Source: Candidatus Eiseniibacteriota bacterium (lineage in GTDB: Bacteria > Eisenbacteria > RBG-16-71-46). From it: 35,491 nt of DNA. Below the pieces are notes generated by a model that worked only from the letters and a program-made list of their open reading frames with translations, did no database searches and was not told the origin of the DNA. Of this stretch, positions 31,101-35,491 are shown piece by piece. The stretch is from positions 1 to 35,491 of the forward strand of contig JBGANH010000004.1 in the NCBI GenBank assembly GCA_044222365.1, given 5' to 3'. The translations under genes were made by a program, and so were the position numbers. Every line of letters starts with the position of its first letter. The first letter of the stretch is position 1.

Positions 31101-33133
31101 ATCGTGTCGAAGTTGAAGCCGAAATCCACGCCGGTCACGTCGGCCGAGCCGAGCGTCACGCTCGCCACCGACTGCGGCGTGGCCGCGGGGCTCGTGAGCG
31201 TGCCGAGCGCGGCCGCCGTCGTGTTCGAGTCGGCGTCGGCGATCGCGGGGTTCTCGCCGCCGACGCGGTCGGTCACGGCGACCGGAGTGCCGCTCGAGGC
31301 GTCGGTGCGCCACGTCTGCACGGACAGCAGTCCCGCGACGGCGCCGGGGCGCGACGAGCGCACGCTCGCGTTCACGACGCGCACGGTGTACGCGCCCGCC
31401 GGCCAGCCGTCGAACACGTACGCGCCCGCCGCGTCGGTCCGTGCGAGCTGCAGGAACGCTCCGGTGCCGCCGTCGTACAACTCGACGCGCGCGCCCGGGC
31501 GCGCCACGCCGGAGGATGCGGCGAGCGAGCGCCCCGCGCCGCCGCCGTAGTTCGGATCCTCGAACACGGTTCCCGCGATGCGCGCCGAGGTCACCGTGAC
31601 GATCGTGGACTGCGTGCCGCCGGTCACGGGATCGCCGTCCGAGCGCGCGGCGAACGCGACGCCCGACTGCTGGCCCGTGAACGCGAGCGCGGCCTGGTTG
31701 CTGACCGCGGTGCCCGAGGGCTGCGGCGCGTTCACGGTCACCCGGAAGACGACGCTCGTGGTGACGGCGACGTCGATGCGTCCGCCCGCCGCGGCCGTGG
31801 CGCCGGTGCCGAGGCGCGCGACGACGCTGCGCGAGGCGCCCACGTATTCCGCCTGATCGTCGCCCGCGGCGTCGGTCTTCGCGCCCGCGTTCGGGCCCGC
31901 GCTCACGCGCAGCGAACCCGGCACGTACGTGACGTTCGACGGCAGCGTGTCGGCCATGGCGCACGCGATCGCGTGGTCGAGGCCGTTGTTGCGCATCGTG
32001 ACCGTGTACTCGAGCACGTCGCCCGGGCGCACGAGGCCGCCGTTCACGTCGGTCACCGTCTTCGTGAAGTTCGCGGCGTCGAACACCGGCGCGTACAGGT
32101 CCGTCGCGAACGTCACCGCGCCGGGGTAGTACGTGTCGCCGTTCGTCGTGAGGGAGACCGACGCGCTCGTCGCGCCGTTCGCGAGCAGGCCGTCCGCCTG
32201 CACGAGATCGCAGTCGAAGCCGAGCTGGTTCAGGTAGTTCGGGTTCTTCGCGGTGAACGGCGCGCCGAGCTGGCTGATCGAGCTGTTGAAGAAGTTGTCC
32301 GCGGGATTGGTCGCGTTCGAGAGCGCGGTGCCGTTGAGCCGGAAGCTGTCGCCGGTGAAGCCGAGGTCGCCTTCGAACGCGACCACGCCGAGCCGCGTGT
32401 TCACGGTGCCCGCGGGCGGCGTCACGAACCCGCTCACCGTCATGTTGACGGTCGTCGTGCCCGAGACGAGCGCGAAGCCGTCGAACACGACGAGGTTGCG
32501 CGCGGGCTGCGTGGCGTCGGAGTACACGACCACGAGCGACCAGCCACCGTGCACGTTCGTCGTGTTGGGTGTCGAGCGCACGTCGGCGACGCGATACACG
32601 CCCGCGCCGGCCGCTCGCACGAGCGCGGTGACCTCGGCGAAGCCCTGGTAGGCGCTGCCGCTCGCGTCGAGCTGCGTCGCCGTGTAGGTGTTGTACGCGC
32701 TCGAAGCCGGCGTCGCGATCTTGACCGTGTTGCGCAGCGCGTTGTTGGTGTAGCCGCCCCAGTAGAGGCCGGCCCACGTGACCGTGGCGCCCGCGGGCAG
32801 CGTCAGCGTCGCGGTGCTCGAGCTGACCGTGGTCGAGACGCCGTCCATGTCCACGTAGACCATGGTGTTGTCGTTGTTGTTGATCGAGTTGCCGTTGCCG
32901 TTGCGGGCGTTGTTGCAGTTGCCGCCGCCGTTGCACGACATGACCGTGTTGCCGATCAGCGTGACGTCGCCCGGCTGGTTGACGCTGAAGCGCGGCGTGA
33001 ACTGGCGCACGACCTGCGCGGCCGCGGGCGTGGCGCACAGCACGGCGTACGCGAGGGCGGCGGCGAGCACCGCCACCGGGCCGAGGGCTTCGAAGGCCCC
33101 GGAGCGGCCGGAACCGCGATGCCAAGTCCTCAC
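28156..33133 (-). CDS. Large (~1650 aa) secreted DUF11-domain surface protein/adhesin with SdrD-B-like and beta-helix regions; apparent frameshift near 30667
   Basis: GTG 33133 overlaps the upstream stop; GGAGG RBS; signal peptide ending LCATPAAA-QVVRQ. DUF11 FTKTV...PGDVLEYTVTMRNNG...DTLP...SNQA; IAGTVFED; beta-helix-like GVDAR/GVRL/GVQV/NSIWGN; terminal DUF11 LTKTV...PGDYLVYTISYEN...DATP...YRVRVQ*. The frame switches at RAL|GFGN. Confidence 0.8.
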
Positions 33134-35491
33134 GGGCGCACCTCCGGTTCGTTCGCGAACGTGCGTTCGTCGAAGCGCATGCGTACGCGCAGGTAGGCGC
33201 CGGCGCGCGTCCACGACTCGCCCGCGAGCTCCTCGTCGTCGAAACCGAAGCGGTTGAATCCCAGGGCCAGCCACGCGCCACGCGCGAGTTCGCGTCCGAC
33301 CTCGGCGCCGAGTCCGTACTCGCGTTCGGCGAACGTGCGGCCGGCGCGCACGCCGCCCGTGACGCCCGCATCCCAGTGCGTGCCCAGCGCGCGCGACAGC
33401 CGTCCGTGCAGCCACTGCGCGCCGCCCGCGGTGACGCGCCCGGGTTCCTGGTCGCGCGTGAGCTTGCCCGCCCAGCCGAGCGTGCCTTCCCATGCGCGCT
33501 TCGTGGTCGAGCCCGAGAGCGCGGCGATGTTCGCGACGTGGCGCACGCGTCCGATGCCGGCGACGGCGTTCGGCGCCTCGCGGTCGTAGCGGAACTCCCA
33601 GCGGCCGAGCGCTTCGTGCGCGCCGTTCGGCCGCCACGCGAAGCCGAGCTGCAGCCGCTCGCGCGCCTCGGCGCCGGCGCCGTGTGTGCGCGTGAGCGTG
33701 AGCAGCTGGCGGCCGAGCGCGGTCCACGCCGAGTCGAGCCGCACCGCCGCCGCCATGCCCTGCAGGAACTGGTCGCTCGCGCGGCTCGTGCGCACTTCGA
33801 AGCGCGACGAACCCTTCCACACGTCGTCGCCCGTGAAGTCCACCGCGCCCGTGACTGCGGTCGTCGGGCCCGCGTCGCCGCCCGCGAGCGGTGTGACGCG
33901 CTCGAACGTGGTCGAGATCCGCATGCCTTCTGCGACCTTCCAGCCGTTGCGCAGGCCGACCGCGGCCTGGCCTTCGCGGCCGGCGATCGCGTCGCTCATG
34001 CGGTACTCGCTGAAGACGTGCGCGCCGTGCGCGACGTCGGCGTCCACGCCCACCACGGTGGCGGCCTGGTTTTGCGCGTTCGAGAGCGCCCAGGCGCTGG
34101 AAAGGCTCGAGAGCAGTTCGTGCCGCGCGTAGAGCCGTCCGCGCGCGGTGAACCGGTACTCGCCGCCCACCGCCGCCATGCGCCGCTCCCAGTCGCGCGT
34201 GTCCTGCTCGACCTCGGAGTAGCCGCTCCACTCCGGGTGCCCGGGCCACTGCGCGGACAGCCGCGCGCGCAGCGCCGCGCTCGTGCGTTCGGCGGGCGCG
34301 CCGCGGCGCGAGACGCCGGCCACGCGCACGCCGAACTCGCCGCGTGCCGCGGTGCCGAGCGGGCGATCGAGCGACAGCAGTCCGCCCGCGCGGCGTTCGC
34401 GTCCGGCGGCGTCGGCGCTGAAGAGCGCCTCGGCGGCGAGCCGCGAGCGGTCGGGCAGGCGCAGCGCGAGCGTCGCGCCCGCCTCGTTGCGACCGGCTCC
34501 GGCGCCCGCCGAGGGGTTGTCGAAGCGCGGCGAGGTCGAAACGCCCCACGCGCGAGCGGTGCCGCGCGGCGACTCGTGCGTGAGTTCGACGCGTCCACCG
34601 TCGGCCGCGGCCTCGCCCACGTGGCGCGTCGCCGCCCACTCGGCCGCGAACGCGGTGTGCGCGCCCGCGCGCCACTCGCCCGAGACTCCGCGCAGTTCGT
34701 ACGGCGCCGAGGGGTCGTGGTCGTCCACGGCCACCGCGCCCACTTCGAGCCGCGGATGCACGCGCACGCGCGCGTCGGCGCCGTGCACCCACGCGGCGGC
34801 GCCGTCGCCGTCGCGCTCGTAGCTCACGCGCAGCCACACGGTGTTCAGGTCCGCGTCCACGCTCGGCGCGGGCGCGCGCAGCAGCAGCCGGCCGGTGAGC
34901 GGTTCGAGCGTGTAGTCGGTGAAGCGCTGCAGCGACGTGCTGCTCCGGACGAGCGCGGGCTGCGCGCGGTCGCGCACGATCAGCTCGACGCGCTCGGAGT
35001 TCTCGACCACCGGTGCGTCGGCGAGCACGTACGGCCCGCTCGTGCCCATGCCGCGGAGTTCTTCCACCGCGCGGCGGCCGCGGTCGCGGCTCGTGAACGT
35101 GTGCACCGCGAGCGGGCCGCGCTCCCACGACGCGAGCGCGCCGGTGAGCGAGCGGCCGTATCGCCCGAGTGAGCGGAAGGAAGAGGTGGGTCCGGAGGAC
35201 CCGGACCCCGTGACGTAGTCGCCGTAGAGCAGCGACGCGTCGCGGCGTTCGAGCTTCGCGTACAGCTGGCCCGTGGACTGCGCTTCGTAGCCGCGCGTGG
35301 CGGCGTCGCCCGTGACCGGGAAGCCGCGGTCGGGGGTGAGGTCGCGGAACTGGCGCTGTTCGCGCTCGCGATCGGAATCCCAGCCGAGCGTCAACAGCAG
35401 GTCGCCCTGCACGCGGCCCTTGAGGAAGAGTGCGCCGTGCGCGTCGGCGGCCGTGCGGCCATCGCGGCTCTCGGTGGCGAACTGCGTGATC
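33130..35491 (-). CDS. Large predicted outer-membrane beta-barrel protein of DUF11-associated operons; 5' end lies outside the window
   Basis: Frame stays open to the window edge (ITQFATESRDG...GALFLKGRVQGDLLLTLGWDSD). FPVTGD, LYAKLER, LYGDY, GTSGPY, ENSERVEL, DYTLEPLTGRL; many alternating amphipathic strands; C-terminal LGFN...GAYLRVRMRF resembles a beta-signal. Confidence 0.7.
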   Translation of the reverse strand, partial: ITQFATESRDGRTAADAHGALFLKGRVQGDLLLTLGWDSDREREQRQFRDLTPDRGFPVTGDAATRGYEAQSTGQLYAKLERRDASLLYGDYVTGSGSSGPTSSFRSLGRYGRSLTGALASWERGPLAVHTFTSRDRGRRAVEELRGMGTSGPYVLADAPVVENSERVELIVRDRAQPALVRSSTSLQRFTDYTLEPLTGRLLLRAPAPSVDADLNTVWLRVSYERDGDGAAAWVHGADARVRVHPRLEVGAVAVDDHDPSAPYELRGVSGEWRAGAHTAFAAEWAATRHVGEAAADGGRVELTHESPRGTARAWGVSTSPRFDNPSAGAGAGRNEAGATLALRLPDRSRLAAEALFSADAAGRERRAGGLLSLDRPLGTAARGEFGVRVAGVSRRGAPAERTSAALRARLSAQWPGHPEWSGYSEVEQDTRDWERRMAAVGGEYRFTARGRLYARHELLSSLSSAWALSNAQNQAATVVGVDADVAHGAHVFSEYRMSDAIAGREGQAAVGLRNGWKVAEGMRISTTFERVTPLAGGDAGPTTAVTGAVDFTGDDVWKGSSRFEVRTSRASDQFLQGMAAAVRLDSAWTALGRQLLTLTRTHGAGAEARERLQLGFAWRPNGAHEALGRWEFRYDREAPNAVAGIGRVRHVANIAALSGSTTKRAWEGTLGWAGKLTRDQEPGRVTAGGAQWLHGRLSRALGTHWDAGVTGGVRAGRTFAEREYGLGAEVGRELARGAWLALGFNRFGFDDEELAGESWTRAGAYLRVRMRFDERTFANEPEVRP

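Noticed and set aside
28022-35128. 2368-aa ORF as a single giant protein
   Set aside because: Only 33133 to ~30668 is protein-like; the flanks overlap the barrel gene and the post-frameshift half in other frames.

Overview
Very GC-rich (visually ~70%+) bacterial chromosomal segment; no rRNA, tRNA, CRISPR array or mobile element was seen. Contents in order: a partial Rid-family gene; a secreted BNR/GH74-like beta-propeller protein; VOC, PurM/HypE-like, M14 peptidase and HDOD genes; a tightly coupled arginine operon argR-C-B-D-G-H(A)-F with tandem ARG boxes, an argH-argA fusion and no argE/argJ; three adjacent secreted proteins (two paralogous propellers flanking a reprolysin/FG-GAP protease); a membrane protein; an ECF sigma/zinc anti-sigma pair; and the end of an operon encoding a large predicted outer-membrane barrel coupled to a ~1650-aa DUF11 adhesin. 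Four proteins share a T9SS-CTD/FlgD-Ig-like C-terminal domain, which suggests a high-GC FCB-group lineage such as Ca. Eisenbacteria (inference). The best candidate for an undescribed system is the barrel + DUF11 operon: the terminal DUF11 domain lacks the Asn-bearing last strand present in the internal copy, suggesting a fimbria assembled by donor-strand complementation with isopeptide cross-links. Two genes have apparent frameshifts (~19942, ~30667). All family calls are from motif recognition, not database searches.
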